64,000 nucleotides of DNA from the human T2T-CHM13v2.0 reference genome, Homo sapiens, in assembly GCF_009914755.1 (NCBI RefSeq), contig NC_060932.1. One strand, written 5' to 3'. How positions within the stretch are numbered: the first letter of the stretch is position 1; the number at the start of each line of letters is the position of its first letter. Below are positions 42,241-55,999 of the stretch, piece after piece. The notes under the pieces are model-generated. The model had not been told where the DNA came from, did not search any database, and saw nothing but the letters and a program-made list of their open reading frames with translations. A program made the position numbers and the translations under genes.

Positions 42241-43503
42241 AGGATCAAACTTATAACACGACCACTAGTTAGTCTAATATTGCACCTACCTCTTTATTTA
42301 ACTTGGTGTCCAGGTTCCAAAAAGTCAAAAATGCTTCAATCAAAATTATGTTCCCTTCTGGAAGCAAGTCACATTTCCAAGGTTATGCTGATTGATATAT
42401 GCACACACACACACACACAAAATGCTTAAGTTATAATATGGGATTGAAAAGATGATATGGTGAGTTTAAAGCTAGTGAGAATTCTAGTATGTTTAAAGAT
42501 GTTAAGCTATAGCCTACTTACTTAATATACCAGAGGTCCATGTAACATAATTGTGAAACAATTACTTAAATGATTATTTATGATCTCCTGGAATTAAATG
42601 TCTATTGAAGATGACATTTTGATTAAATGATAGGTCACTAATATAGATTATTGTAAAGGACATGAAGGACAATGACCACAATAGTGTTTAACTGTTTCTA
42701 AAACAATTAGAGGGCTTAAATATAAAGAAACAATTAAGATTTAAATTTTCAATTATCAGATGACGGTATGGTCAAAAAATTAGCAAGTTTCTATGATTTT
42801 ATCAAAAGACTCATCTCTTTAGCTGTAAGATTGACTCAGCTGTTAAAAAAAAGAATTATTGACCCTACTGTTAAAACTTAATTTCACAGCCTTATCAAGT
42901 CTCTTAAAAGAAAATTAGGGCAACTATTGGTAAAGAATATTGACACTAGAATTGAAAATGAAACAATTTGGAGGATATCAAATCTCTAATCTCACTGAAT
43001 TTACCTTATCACAGAGGGTTGATTCTACCAGTTTTATGAGGATTGCCCTGTCTTGTTTGAAAGTGCTAACACATCTGAGGTATTACAAGTTAACTTAAAG
43101 GTCTTTGCTAATTCTCATGCTCCATCAGACCTATACCTGAACCCTGAGTCCAGCATGCACAAGAGATAAATAAAATTAAGACAAACGAACAAGGAAACCA
43201 AATAGACCAGAACAATTTATGTAGGCAGTGATGATGGTTTTTAATAATGTTTTATGTCAAGATGAATTATTGACATTGATTTCTTTTCCAGAGAATTTAT
43301 ATTCAATAACCTTTCAATCATCTAGAATTGTTTCCTTGATTGTTTAACTGAAACCTAGACTCAGTGGGCACTAATCTTAAATAAAACGAATTCCAAAAGG
43401 TTCTGATTATAGGAAAGGTGGAATGGATTTATCATGTGTAGCCTACTCATTGAACCCTTCACTATGCCTTCCAAAAGACACTAAGGATATTAACTTTACC
43501 ATG

Positions 43504-43947
43504 TGTATAAGTTTCCTGTGGTTGCTGTAACAAAGTACCACAAACTGGATGTCTTAAAACAACCAAAGGGTATTCACTCACACTTCTGAAGCCTAAACAT
43601 CCAAAACCAAGTTGTTAGCAGGGTCATGCTCCTTCTGAAGCCTCCAAAAGAAGATTCTTTCTTTCTTCTTCCAGTTTCTGGTGGGCAGGCTTGTCTTGGC
43701 TTGGGATAGCATCACTCCAATCTTTGCCTCTATCTTTGCATGATTTTCTTTCCATTATATCTGTGCCCACATTTCCCTTGACTTATAAGGATAACAGTCA
43801 CAATGGATTAGGGCCGATTCTAATGACCTTATTTCAACTTAATTACATCTGCAAACACCCGATTTCCAAATAATGTTACATTCAGAACTATTGGGGTTTA
43901 AGACTTCAATCTTCTATCTTTTGGGAAACAAATTTCAACCCATAACA
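43504..43947 (-). mobile_element. MLT1C-like MaLR LTR (3' LTR)
   Basis: 'tgtataagtttcctgtggttgctgtaacaaagtaccacaaactgg'...'ttcaacccataaca'. Confidence 0.88.
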
Positions 43948-45285
43948 ATCTGTCCTCTAGTCCCCAGGATTAATATCCTTCTGAGGTGCAAAATATATTA
44001 ACTCCATTTTAGCATCCCACAAATTCTTACACAATTCCTGCATCAACTCTAAGTTCAGAATCTCAACTACATATTCAACTCAAAAGAGTTATCTAAATCA
44101 GGTATGAATGAAACTCTAAGTATAGTCTATCCAGAGGAAAAATGCCTCTTCATTTGTGAAGCTGTGAAACTAGGAAACAACTTGTTTCCAAAATACAATG
44201 GTGGGACGGACATAAGTTAGATGTTCCCATTCAAGAAGGGAGAAATTGAAAGGGTAAAAGGGAATGTGGGCCCCAAACAATTCTAAAACCTACCAGGCAG
44301 TGGTTCTATGCCCTGTTCTCTAGGTCCGCTGGGGTGACGGCTTCACCTTCTCTGTTCAGTGGGGCAGCAACGCTGCTCTCTCAGCCTGAGGGTGTCAAAT
44401 CAACCCTGGTTTCTGCATCCATGCCTCTTTTCTTAGTTATTTTTCTTTATTCTATCTTGTCTCTGCCTCTTTCACTTTAGACTGACAGCATTCTTTTTGG
44501 CATGAAATCCTTAAAAATTATAAGTCATGTGACAAGAAGTTCTTCCACAAATATTTCCTGAATAACCACATTTTTATTTCTGGCTTCTGCTGAGATAGTT
44601 GATTGGATCCAAGAGTCACATGCCTAATATCTTTAGCAAACAGTTTACAGCCATGCATTTGTTCTATTTCCAGAGCATACTGTCTGAATAGGCTGAGAAT
44701 TTTCCAAATCTTCAAGTTCTGGATTCTTTTCACTTAACAGTTCATTTCTCAATTTATCTCTTTTCCTTCTCATTTTATTACAAGCAGCAAGAAGACTACT
44801 TCAACATTGCTTCAAAACTTTCTCAGCTAAATATTCAACTCCATTGCTTATAAATTCTACTTTTTACCCCAAATAATACAGGTCAGCCAAGTTGTCTGCT
44901 ACTTTATAACAGGGATCATCTTTCCTTCTGAGGCCAATAATACATTCTTCATTTCCATATGAGGTCCCACCAGCAGAATTTTTAATGGTATCACTTTTAG
45001 CAACATTTTGTTTATGACAAACTATGCATTCTCTAATATGAAAGAAACTATCTCTATAAGTCACCTCACTTCCTTCAGAATCACTTTTAATGTCTATATT
45101 TCTACCAACAGTCTCTTCAAAGCAGGTTAGTCTTTTTCTATCAGTGACCTAATTTTTTTTCTAGCCTTACTCAATACCCGGTTCCAAAGCACTTTACATT
45201 TCTAGGTATCTGTTACTACACTATCTCATTCCTGGTACCACAAACTAGTTTCTTGTAACAAAATACCAAAAACTGGTTTGCAGCA
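43948..45285 (-). mobile_element. MLT1 internal region plus a short remnant of the 5' LTR
   Basis: MaLR ORF-like peptide GNEECIIGLRRKDDPCYKVADNLADL (44864-45064); PBS complement 'cctggtacca' (45231-45240); LTR remnant 'tgtaacaaaataccaaaaactgg'. Confidence 0.8.
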
Positions 45286-45829
45286 TAATAGTAAACAATA
45301 TATTATCTGTCTGGTGATGAAAACAAAAAATACTCCCATCGAAACAAAATCTCTGATTCCAATGGCAATTTCAAAATACCACAATTGGAAGATCTGTTTA
45401 TCAGCCCTTAACCATCAGAAAAAAAAAAAATAAGATGAGTGTGATGTCCAAACTATAGTGAGTAGGACCAAAGATGTATTTTGAAAAAATATGATATTCA
45501 AGGATTTTGTCAGTGGTTAAGTTATCAAAGGTTTCTGAAACTGAGGGATTTATTAGGTTAATGATATCTGTGTAATTAAAAACAACAACAACAAAAATAT
45601 AACCTCTATGTTTGGTAACTGGAAACCAAATCTGAGGCATCATAGTGGTGCCTCAGGCCTTCACCCCGTTCTCAGCCATGAATTGGTCTTAATTAGAGAT
45701 CCCTTTGACTGAATGAGAGATTAGGAATTACTCTTGATAAAAGATCCTGAAATAAATGCCATGGTTAAATACCGTTAAGTCTTCCTGTTACTTCCTGTTC
45801 ACCTTCCATACAGAGACCTAATATTCTGA

Positions 45830-46430
45830 TTAAAATTGTGCTAAATCTTCTCATATAATCCTATCTTCTAATTTTCTTATTATTATCCCATGTTTCCCAT
45901 CTTGTTGCCTGTTTTGTAGTTTCCAGATGATTTTTTAAGTTTACAGTTTACTTTCCAGTTCACTAATTTATTCTTTAGCTGTTTATATTTTGAAGTTTAA
46001 TCCATGAATGAAATTTTCAACAATCATAATTTTGATTGCTAGAAATTTATACATATATATGTGTGTGTATACATATATAGGTATACATATGTATATATTC
46101 ATTTATAAGCCTTTGTAGATTATATTTGAGATTGAGTCCTTTATTTATCTATATTCTGTATTATTTATCCAGTAGTTTCAGGATCTACTCTCCTATTATG
46201 TGTTTGACTGTTGAATCTTACACATAGTCTGTTTTCTCATATGTTCAATAATCTTTGCTTGCAAGCTCTATGTTTGACCTTAATTGGAGAAAGAGTAGTG
46301 AATTTAAATTGGAATTTTGAGATGTTTTCCTTCACAGAAGATTATTTTCTGCTTTTTAAGATTAGCAGCAGGTATCACCTGCCATGGGACCACTTCAGAA
46401 CCTCCATGAAGATCTGGGCTCAACATGGAG
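45830..46430 (-). mobile_element. Old L1M ORF1/5'-region fragment
   Basis: 'ctttccagttcactaatttattctttagctg...tttaatccatgaatgaaatttt'. Confidence 0.6.
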
Positions 46431-46504
46431 TCCAGACTGTTTCTCACCACTTTGAGGCTAGCCCCGCAGTCTGTTACTTTATAGCAGCTATGAATACTTG
46501 TCCT

Positions 46505-46620
46505 CAGAAAACAACCTTTCATAATAAAAATCTTCAACAAATTAGGTATAAGAATAAAGGCCATATATGACAGACCAACAACATTCACAGTGAGTGAGGA
46601 AGAGTTGAAAGCATTTTATT
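46505..46620 (+). mobile_element. Short L1 ORF2 (RT region) fragment
   Basis: 'tcaacaaattaggtataagaataaaggccatatatgacagacc...gagttgaaagcatttt'. Confidence 0.6.
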
Positions 46621-47369
46621 TGTCATTCCTTAAATTGGCAGTAGAGTTATTATTAAGGCTTAAGACTAATAATTTAACAAATTATCAGCACTATTTTTCT
46701 CTTCTTTAAATAAATGAGAAACATTTTAAAAATTAAGATTGCATTGGAAGGTATTCCTTGATTTCTATATATGAGGAAATTTAATCATATCCTATTTACC
46801 ATTACACTACATATGAATCACATTCCATAACTTGGTTAATAAATTTCACAAATACTGTCTAAAACCAATTCTGACTCTCTTATATTTTCCATAAGTAGAT
46901 CTATGAATCAGGAACAAACTATCCTACAATGTATGGTCCATAAACTTTCAAGACAAGACTCTCTAAGTTACCCATTCAGTCCCAAATGCTCAAAGTCTAA
47001 TTCATTTGCCTAAAAGAAATATGGAATTGACTAAATCCTAAGAACAATTGGCTTAACCTAAAATGGAAAAAATAATGACTTAAAGCACTTTAGCAATCTT
47101 GCCCCATTTTTATTGTCTTGCTGTCAAATTTAGCCAGTATGTTTTAACACCCTACAAACTGCCTTTTGCAAATTCTTACTATTAAATAAATACATTAATT
47201 ATAGGTAAAATATATAAAATATGTATAATATGCACATCAGTATAACCCTTACAATGACTGTACAAAGTGCTTGTTTATTGAAACTAGCAATAATATACTA
47301 TCTCTGTAAATAACATAGAAATATATTCTGTAGCTCTTAGAAAACTGGGAGGAGTTTAGAAAGGAGGAG

Positions 47370-47560
47370 CTTTCTGCATTCACGGAGTACTCGTTGTATG
47401 CGAGGGCACATCACAAACATTTTGTCAAAAATCCTCACAACAGAACTTTGAAATAAGTGATATCATTCCATTAGATAAATAGGACTCAAATTAGATAAAT
47501 GAGACTCTGGTCAAATATGTTTTCTAATATATCTTAGTTCTTAAACACCACACTATCTTT
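47370..47560 (-). mobile_element. MIR fragment
   Basis: 'aatcctcacaacagaactttgaaataagtgatatcattccattagataa'. Confidence 0.5.
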
Positions 47561-48339
47561 TGTTAATATGTAAATTTTAATATGAGTGGTTTTAAGAAGA
47601 ATGTAAGCTTTAGCTCAGTTATCAGCTGCTTTCCGTAAGTCCAATGTATTTTCAAAAGAAAAAAATGGAATACTGCTGTGGCTTAATTTGTAATAAACAT
47701 TATAATTCTGTACTTCATCTCCAAGAAGAGCAGATGATTTATCTTTCTACATTCCAAGTAAATCACTAGTAATTTCTCATTATACATTGAGATATTTCTA
47801 CAACTGGATTTTTGTTTTGTTTTAAAATAGAAAATTTCTACCGTAGCATACCTAGGCTTTGGAATATATTTCTCTCTGATCTATTTTTTTCTATTAACTG
47901 TTACTATAAATAGAAATCTCACTTTGTGTATTGAGCCAATGAAATAAGAAAAACAAAGCGAAAAGTGTACTCTGAATGCTAAGCCCTTTACTGTTCCATT
48001 ACAGTTTAGAAACTCTTATTGTTTATTCAGTGGCGATTTACTTTAAAGCTTATAGAACACTGTATTAGACTAAATTCCCTTTGGGATGTTTGTTTTCTAC
48101 TAATTAAATATTAGTATTTTAGCTCTGCTACAGTTAAGTATTAACAATTCACTTTGAAAATGAAAGTACATCTTTGCATTCCCAAAGAATGAAAACCACT
48201 ATGAAAGGATTAAAATGTTGTATAAAAAAATCACTGTATAAGGATTAACTACCTTGGCATTAGAGTCTACTTTTCTGCAATAATGCCTACCCCATAGTTC
48301 TGCTGCCTCAGCTCTCTCAGCAGACTTTTATTTTAATAC

Positions 48340-48525
48340 TGATTTCCTTCCATTAAAATCATCTATTTACTTACACTTATCTGTCTCTTGCTCTAGAATA
48401 AAAGTTCCATTGGGGTGACAACTGTGTTATATATCTATGTGTCATGAACATGCAGCCATAAAACTTTCAGTTACATTGCAGGCACTTGGAAAATATCTGT
48501 TATAAGAATGAATGAATGAATGAAA
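48340..48525 (+). mobile_element. L2 3' end
   Basis: 'tctgtctcttgctctagaataaaagttccat'...'aatatctgttataagaatgaatgaatgaatgaa'. Confidence 0.75.
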
Positions 48526-48823
48526 GGTTTTAAACCTGCGAATTAGCACGCTATATAAAACCTATGACTCTTAGTCACTTATACTAAGCAAAAGGGCACA
48601 TTGAAATAAAACTATTAGACCAATAAAATTGATTAACTTTGACTTTGGTTTCACTACTGCTTTCCCTTTGCCACTGTCTTATTTGTGTCCCCAAGCTGCC
48701 TCCACTCTACTTTTAAAGCAATACCAAGCAAGGCAGTGTTCAGGGAATTTTATCCTTTATCACTTATTTCTTATTAAAACTAATGTTCTGAGATCAGTTC
48801 CCCTGGCTGCTTACTGTGAATAA

Positions 48824-49231
<408 letters not shown>

Positions 49232-50978
49232 TACTCACTTCACTTCTAAGTTACATGACAGGGTCCTAAAGATTTAAGACTATCCTGAAGTGTTATGGTG
49301 GAGTGTCTTCACAGAGTTGTTGAATATTTGACATGTCATGACTCAAATTCCCAGGAGGAAAAAAACTTGCTCATGCAGTTTATTAAACAACCATCAAGCA
49401 AGTTATCCATGGAAAGGTGGATGAGGCAGTATGTTATGTAAATACTATGTTAAAATAGTATATTCTTTTTATTCTTCACTTGCATTAGGTTTCATTCCAC
49501 TTGAATATATCTTATCTTTTTTACTTAGATAGTATTTCTACTACATTAGAAATCGCAAGTTGATACTTATTACCCATTCATCTTCTTATCAATTTACTAT
49601 AATTTGAGTAGTATATTATAAGCCTTCGAAAAGTAATCGTAGTCATTTTTTTGTTTCTTCTGCATACAAAGAAAACAAGGTAGAACATTTGTTAAGAAAG
49701 TGGCATCCCAGGGTGAAGATGCAGCTCAAATCAATAAACTCAGCAATACTTTCATGTCTAGAAATTGAGTCTCCTGTGGAGTAGTTTGCCATCAGTTTGT
49801 GCATTAAAATCAAGTTCCCTGAAAATTTCTGCAGTTTTCCAAACTTTAATAAAACAAGTTTCTATATTCTGGGAACTGAGTCATTATTGATTATGCTTTG
49901 AAAAAAGAATCAAACCAGGAACAGAAGGTCAAGAAATTATCCAATGCAGAGATTTACTGAAGGTTGAAAATGACTTAAATTCTTTTCTAACACAATTTAT
50001 ATCACTTTTTAAAATGCCGCATAGTTCAGATATTTTTATATTGTCTGTATAATCTTTATTTACTATTTTTAATAAAACATTAACTTTTAAGTCTATAGTA
50101 TGTACAAGGTACTACACTATATATTTGGCAGGGTGAGTTTAATGTGTGTACATGTGTGCATGCACATGTGTGAATGTGTATCATCAATAGCACAATTCAA
50201 CATTCTGGGAAAGTATATGAAACATGATTTAGCAGTATATTGTTGAGGGAAATACACAGATACTTTTAGCCAATAAAATACAGGAGATTGATAAGAAGAA
50301 ATGATAGAAAAGGGATGTTAAGGGGACTCCTCTTCATTTACTCAACAGAGCAAGGAAAACATGGACAAGTAGACAAGTAGTGGAGACCAAAAGATAAGGA
50401 GAACAAGTAACAAAGATTGAAAGGGAAATTATAGAAGAAAGAGAATCCAAAGGTCATTTCATGAAAGACCTACACTCAATGAAAACCCAGAGATGAGAGT
50501 GAGAGGTCAGAAGAATAGAGTATCCCCTAATGTTATTGACTAATCTCCCACTGACCCACTGTAGACTTATTACAATTGGAATAAATAATTTAAAACTAAC
50601 ATAAAGTACAATTGTGTACACTCTTTATTGCTCCATGTGTGTGCTTGATTAGCAAGGCTGTTACATAATGGAAAATAACACTCCACACTCCTAAAGTATG
50701 AGCATGATAGTAACTCAAAAATCAACTCATTTACCAGTCAGGAAAATCCTACAAACTACGTTTTTTATTATACAGATGAGACCATTGAAGGACAAGCAGT
50801 TTAGAAGCATAAGAAGTTGAACTCAAGTCTTTCTGATTCAAAGGCAGTGCTTTTCAAATTCTATTAAAACTGTATTATTTATTTGTATATAGTTATAGTG
50901 TGCATATATATATTATATATGTATGTATATACCTGACTCACTACACAGAGGTTTATAAAAACAGGGATTGTACATACA

Positions 50979-51316
50979 TAGTTGGTCCTTCATCTCCATG
51001 AGTTCTGCATCCATAGTTTCAACTAACCGTGGATCAAAAACTCCCAGGGAAAAGAAAAAATTCTCAAAGTTCTGAAAAGCAAACCTTGAATTTGCCATGC
51101 ACTGAGTACTATGTTGAATCCAAGTGAAAGTAGAGATGTTTAGGCATTATATTAGGTATTATAAGTTACTCAGAGATTATTTAAAGTATATAGGTGGATG
51201 TGCTTAGGTTATATGCAAATACTATGCCTTTTTATATAAGGGACTTGAGCATCCTCAAATTTTGGTATCTGTGCACGTCCTGGAACTAATCCCCTATGCA
51301 TACCAAAGGACAACTG
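50979..51316 (-). mobile_element. MER2/MER2B (TcMar-Tigger) MITE
   Basis: TIR-like ends 'agttggtcctt' and 'aaggacaactg|ta'; internal 'aggttatatgcaaatactatgcc...gggacttgagcatcc'. Confidence 0.88.
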
Positions 51317-51741
51317 TATTAGGCTTTTTGGGCCTCTATAACAAATTAGCACAAACTTGTTGGCTTAAAACAACAGAAAATTATTCTTTCTTCTGGCCAT
51401 CGTAATGTGGTTGGAAATAATGTAAAACATGGCCACTTCCAAATACGGTTAAGATAAACAGACTTGCCATACTTCAACATTTTGTCCTACCCAGAAACCT
51501 CCTCACTATGGGATCCAAATAGCATCACTAGATTGTGGAAAAGTGTGGGATTTAGAGACAACATTTTTAGATCTGTATAGTAGCCAAGGAGCACTACCTT
51601 ATACTCATCTAATTGTGACACGAATGAGAGATTTTTGTGTGTGTTCTAAGCTACTGAGATACTGAGATTTATTTATCCACACGTATAACCTCATGTATCT
51701 TGATTAAAGAAAATGCTTCAATAAAATAATGCTTTAAATCT

Positions 51742-51985
51742 CAATAAAATAAACAGGTAAGGAGTCAAAGTCAATAAAATAATGTGTAACCTTACTTGCT
51801 AAAAAGATATAACTTTAAGAACTACATGATTCTCGTATAGTATTTGCAAAATTTTTAAATTCACAATAGAATAAACAGGTGAAGAATCAAAGTCAATAAA
51901 CTAATATGCAACCTTGCTTGTAAAAAAAATTGAGCTTTAAAAATTACATGATTTTCCTGAATATTGGCAAAATTTAAAAAAATAC
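51742..51985. repeat. Diverged 122-bp tandem duplication
   Basis: 'ataaacaggt..g.a.tcaaagtcaataaa.taat.tg.aacctt.cttg' present twice, with aaacaggt at 51751 and 51873. Confidence 0.85.
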
Positions 51986-52086
51986 AGTAATCTCTTTTGG
52001 TTGAGAGGTTAGTGGGCAAAAATATATCCTTCTAAAAGGAAATTTTACAATAGATATAAACTTGAAAATATATGAACTTTTTTGGG

Positions 52087-52265
52087 TTTTTAAATTTTTA
52101 ATAATTTTTTGGGTACATAGTAGGTGTACATATTAGGTTAGCACAAAATTATCATGGTTTTTACCATTGAAAGTATTATTTATGAGGTACATGAGATGGG
52201 GTACATTGATACAGGCATGCAATGCATAAAAATCACATTGTGGTAAATGGGTTATTCATCCCTCA
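52087..52265 (-). mobile_element. L1MA1/2-like 3' end containing a half MADE1, nested in older L1ME-like sequence
   Basis: 'gggtacatagtaggtgtaca...tttatgaggtacatgagat...gatacaggcatgcaatgc'. Confidence 0.75.
52133..52175. mobile_element. Half MADE1 (Hsmar1-derived MITE), one TIR arm
   Basis: 'ta|ttaggttagcacaaaattatcatggtttttaccattgaaagta' resembles ttaggttggtgcaaaagtaattgcggtttttgccatt. Confidence 0.6.
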
Positions 52266-53239
52266 CATAGTGAATAATAAAATCATATTCAGAAATGTAT
52301 CATAGGAAATAACTTGATATGCACAAAAAATATGACAAGAATATTGAGTACTACTGCATAGTTACTCGTAGTTAAAACAATTAAAAATATAAATGCCCAT
52401 TCATAGGAAAACCAATAAGCTATTGTGCATGCACATTGTGGAATGTTATGTATTTGACTTAAAGGTGTAGAATGTTATAATTTTTAAGAAAAGATTAGTA
52501 GGTTACAAGATAAAACACAATATTCATATTTTATTAAGATATGTCTGTAAAGTATTAACAGCAATAATTCTGAATTATGCTTCTAAAATAGTTTTCTCTT
52601 CTTTATACTTATTTTTATTGCTTAAACATCTTTATATTCTTTTTTATAGCCAGAAATATTAAGGGAAATATTTTATTTTTTTAAGTAGAAATGTTTAATG
52701 GTTTAGATAATTAAAAAAATAAATAACACAATATATCATCTTGTCAAATTGACCACAAAGTGGTCAGATTCCTGTGTCATCTAGACATGTTTTACTTCCA
52801 TAGCAAAACAACTCATTGAAAAGGCAAAAGTTTTACTACCTTAGCCAAGCAACTTTTAACTGACAACGGTAAACATATTTTTACCCTAAGGTTAATAGTA
52901 CACATAGACTACACATGTTTTGCACATATTATAAATTATTTGCTAAGTTTATGGATATTCTAACTTCTAAAATAAACATTTTAGATGAGTTTCACAGTAG
53001 TTGAGACCAAATGTAACTTTTACCTGTTTTAAAACTTTTTAAAAAAAATTTTATCCTCGTCTTTCATAGTCCTAAAAAAAGTTTCACCTGAATAGATTTT
53101 ATATGTTCATACTGGCTCCTTTGTACAAAGAAGCTCAGTTTAAATATAATTTATTTAAAGCAAACTTCCTGGATCAATATCTAAAGTAGTTCTAGTTAAT
53201 ATTAGTCTCTATAATTCTAATTTAGAAATATTCACAATT

Positions 53240-53385
53240 TGTATTCTTAAATGCATACATGTTTTTTCTTCCTTGTCTACTAGAATGTAAAATTTATGAG
53301 GGCAAGATACATTCCCATCTAGTTTTCCTTTGTATTCCCAACACATAGCACAGTATTTGGCGCACAGTATTTGCATACTCAATGC
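53240..53385 (+). mobile_element. L2 3' end
   Basis: 'ctactagaatgtaaaatttatgagggcaaga...tagcacagtatttggcgcacag...actcaatg'. Confidence 0.75.
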
Positions 53386-53419
53386 TTGGGGGGAAACTAT
53401 TTTAGAGTAGATTTTATCT

Positions 53420-54325
53420 CTCTTTTTCTTTTTATTTGTATACATTTAAAGGGTACAAGTGCAATTTTGTTACATGGATATATTTCATAGTGGTGAAGTC
53501 TAGGCTTTTAGCATATTCCTCACCCCAAAATCTACACTCTATCCACTAAGTAATTTCTCATCACCCATCTTCCTATCAACTCCTTTACCCTTCTGAGTCT
53601 CCAATGTCCGTTATTTCACACAGTATTTATAATAAGCACAATTTATTTAGTTCCCACTTAAAAGTGAGATACATGGGCTATTTGACTTTCTGCTGTTTCT
53701 GAGTTATTTCACTTAATGGCCTCCATCCACGGTGATTCAAAGGACATCAATATTTTTTATGGCTGAATAGAATTCCATGGAGTATATATGCCACATTTTC
53801 TTTATCCAATCATTCATTAATAGACACTTAGGTTGATTCCATAGCTTTGCTCTTGTGAATAATGCTGCAATAAACATACAAGTTCAAATATCTTTTTGAT
53901 ATTATGATTTATGTTCCTTTAGGTAGACGTCCAGTAGTGGGATTGCTGGATTGAGTGAACGGCAGTCCTATTTTTATTTCTTTGAGAAATCTTTATACTA
54001 ATTTACACTCCCACCAACAGTGTATAGCATTCCCTTTTCTCCACATCCAGCCGAAATTAATTACATTTTTGTATTTTTAACAATAGCCATTCTGACTGAT
54101 ATAAGATGATATCATGATTTTAATTTGCATTTCTCCGATAATTGGTGATATTGCACATTTTTTCATACGCTTGTTGCCCATTTGTATGTCTTCATTTGAA
54201 AAGAAAATTTATGTCCTTTGCCTACTTTTTAATGAGGTTATTTGTTTTTGTTGTTGTTGTTGAGTTGTTTGAGTTCTCTGTAAATTCTGGATTGGTCACC
54301 TGTCAGATGCATAGTTTGCAAATAT
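53420..54325 (-). mobile_element. L1PB4-like 3' end
   Basis: 'gggtacaagtgcaattttgttacatggatatatttcatagtggtgaagtctaggctttta' and ORF2 C-terminal antisense sequence. Confidence 0.88.
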
Positions 54326-55401
54326 CTCTAAAACAATAATTCACAAAACGAAAGCTCAGACAGTATTTCGTCCACTCTTAAATTTATAAAACATTTCATC
54401 TAAAAGTCCTCTGCAGCAATTACTTGATGAAAACACATCTCCATGCACTACATTTGCTCAACCTTTGTAGGGCATTTTTCTAGCTTGAGGTTAATTGTTA
54501 TACCTATTATTATACATTATCTCTAGATCTCCTCACTCCATTCCCAACAAAATTGGACAGTTGTGAACTATCTTTATATAGGCAAGCTGGGTTGCTTTTC
54601 CTGTTTCCTTGATTTAAAAGCAAGCTTTATCACAGATGCAAGACATAGAAATATGAGAAAAGATATTTGGCTTCATCTGATTTTTTAAAAGAATGTCTAC
54701 AAATATTGTTTTGCTCTGAAATCAAAGGTAAGTCAGTTTTAAAGGTTTTGAGATTTTACCTCATAGTCTACCTTTATTTTTCATATAATTAACATTACAT
54801 CAATGTGGATATATTAATACTTTATATAAAATAATTAGATGAATCTAGGTCTTTACAGATAAATTTGTTCTAACTCTTGTTATTACAATGAAATATACAA
54901 AGTAACAAAATAGTTACAGAAAAAAGTGTTTCATTGTACATTATAAAGAAAAACATACCTTTTACATCCCACTTAGGAAAACGACCATATGTCTTCATAA
55001 TTTAAGAAAAAAAAATCATTTGAATACCAGTTTGTAGTGGTAATAAAAAACACCACAGGGAAGAATTGCAGATTAACAACATCAAATTTTAAAACAAAGA
55101 TGGGCTGCAAAGTGCTGAATTTTTAATCAAAATATGCTTCTTGCAAATACTAATGGGGAAATAAAATGTTACCTCATGCCAGAAAAGTGAATTATTGTGA
55201 TCATAATTCAATGGAAATGAAAATTAGGCAATACTAGCTGCACAAGCATATGAAAAATTACTTAGGTGAATTTCAAGAAGATCTCAAGACATGCAGATAT
55301 TTAAGTTCTTAAAATAAATGTAAAATATAAACATTAAACATTAGGATCTGTGTATATTCATTCACTTTTTAAAAATGAACCAGATCATAAGGGCAGTGGT
55401 T

Positions 55402-55508
55402 TCATCTGATTTAGTCTTGTTACATATGGCTAATCTGATTTAGTCTTGTTACAGATTCCTACATATGGCTAAATCATCTGATTTAGTCTTGTTATAGATT
55501 CCTACATA
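55402..55508. repeat. Near-perfect compound tandem repeat
   Basis: 'atctgatttagtcttgtta' x3 with alternating 'agattcct' and 'acatatggcta' modules. Confidence 0.9.
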
Positions 55509-55999
55509 AGATAGTATCTTCTCCTGTTTTCTCCTATGATAAAGTACTTTTGAAGGCCTTTCATTAGCCTGTTTTTAACACAGTCCTTCAATTAATGCTC
55601 ATCACTGATTTTTTTTCAGTTCTCAAGTTTGTTATTGTTTCTGCATAAAATATAATATCACTTACAAATTAAAAACATTACTAAATTACTTAGGTTTATA
55701 ATTTTTTATTTTATAATTATTGTCAATACAAGAGATTCTGATATTAAAAAATGATTCAAGACAGAAATTTAATATATATAACATACAAGATACAAAAATT
55801 GGGTCTGCAATATATTTTCAAATTCCATTAAGAAATAAACATGCAGAGTGTTCACTAGAATCTTCTCCTGGGTCCCAAAATAAAACTTTTAATAGTTACC
55901 AAAATATTAAGATTTCTAGGAAGTCTATCTATAATGCCTATAATAAGGTACACACCAAATTTATTTTTACTGAATTTAAGTTATATAATTTAAACCTGA

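Larger units (their letters stand above)
42490..45825 (+). mobile_element. Ancient ERVL-class internal (gag) region split by an MLT1C provirus
   Basis: 'ttcacagccttatcaagtctct...attagggcaactattggtaaagaatattgacac...tttggagga' and 'ccctttgactgaatgagag...ctcttgataaaagatcctg' parallel HERV-L gag motifs. Confidence 0.55.
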
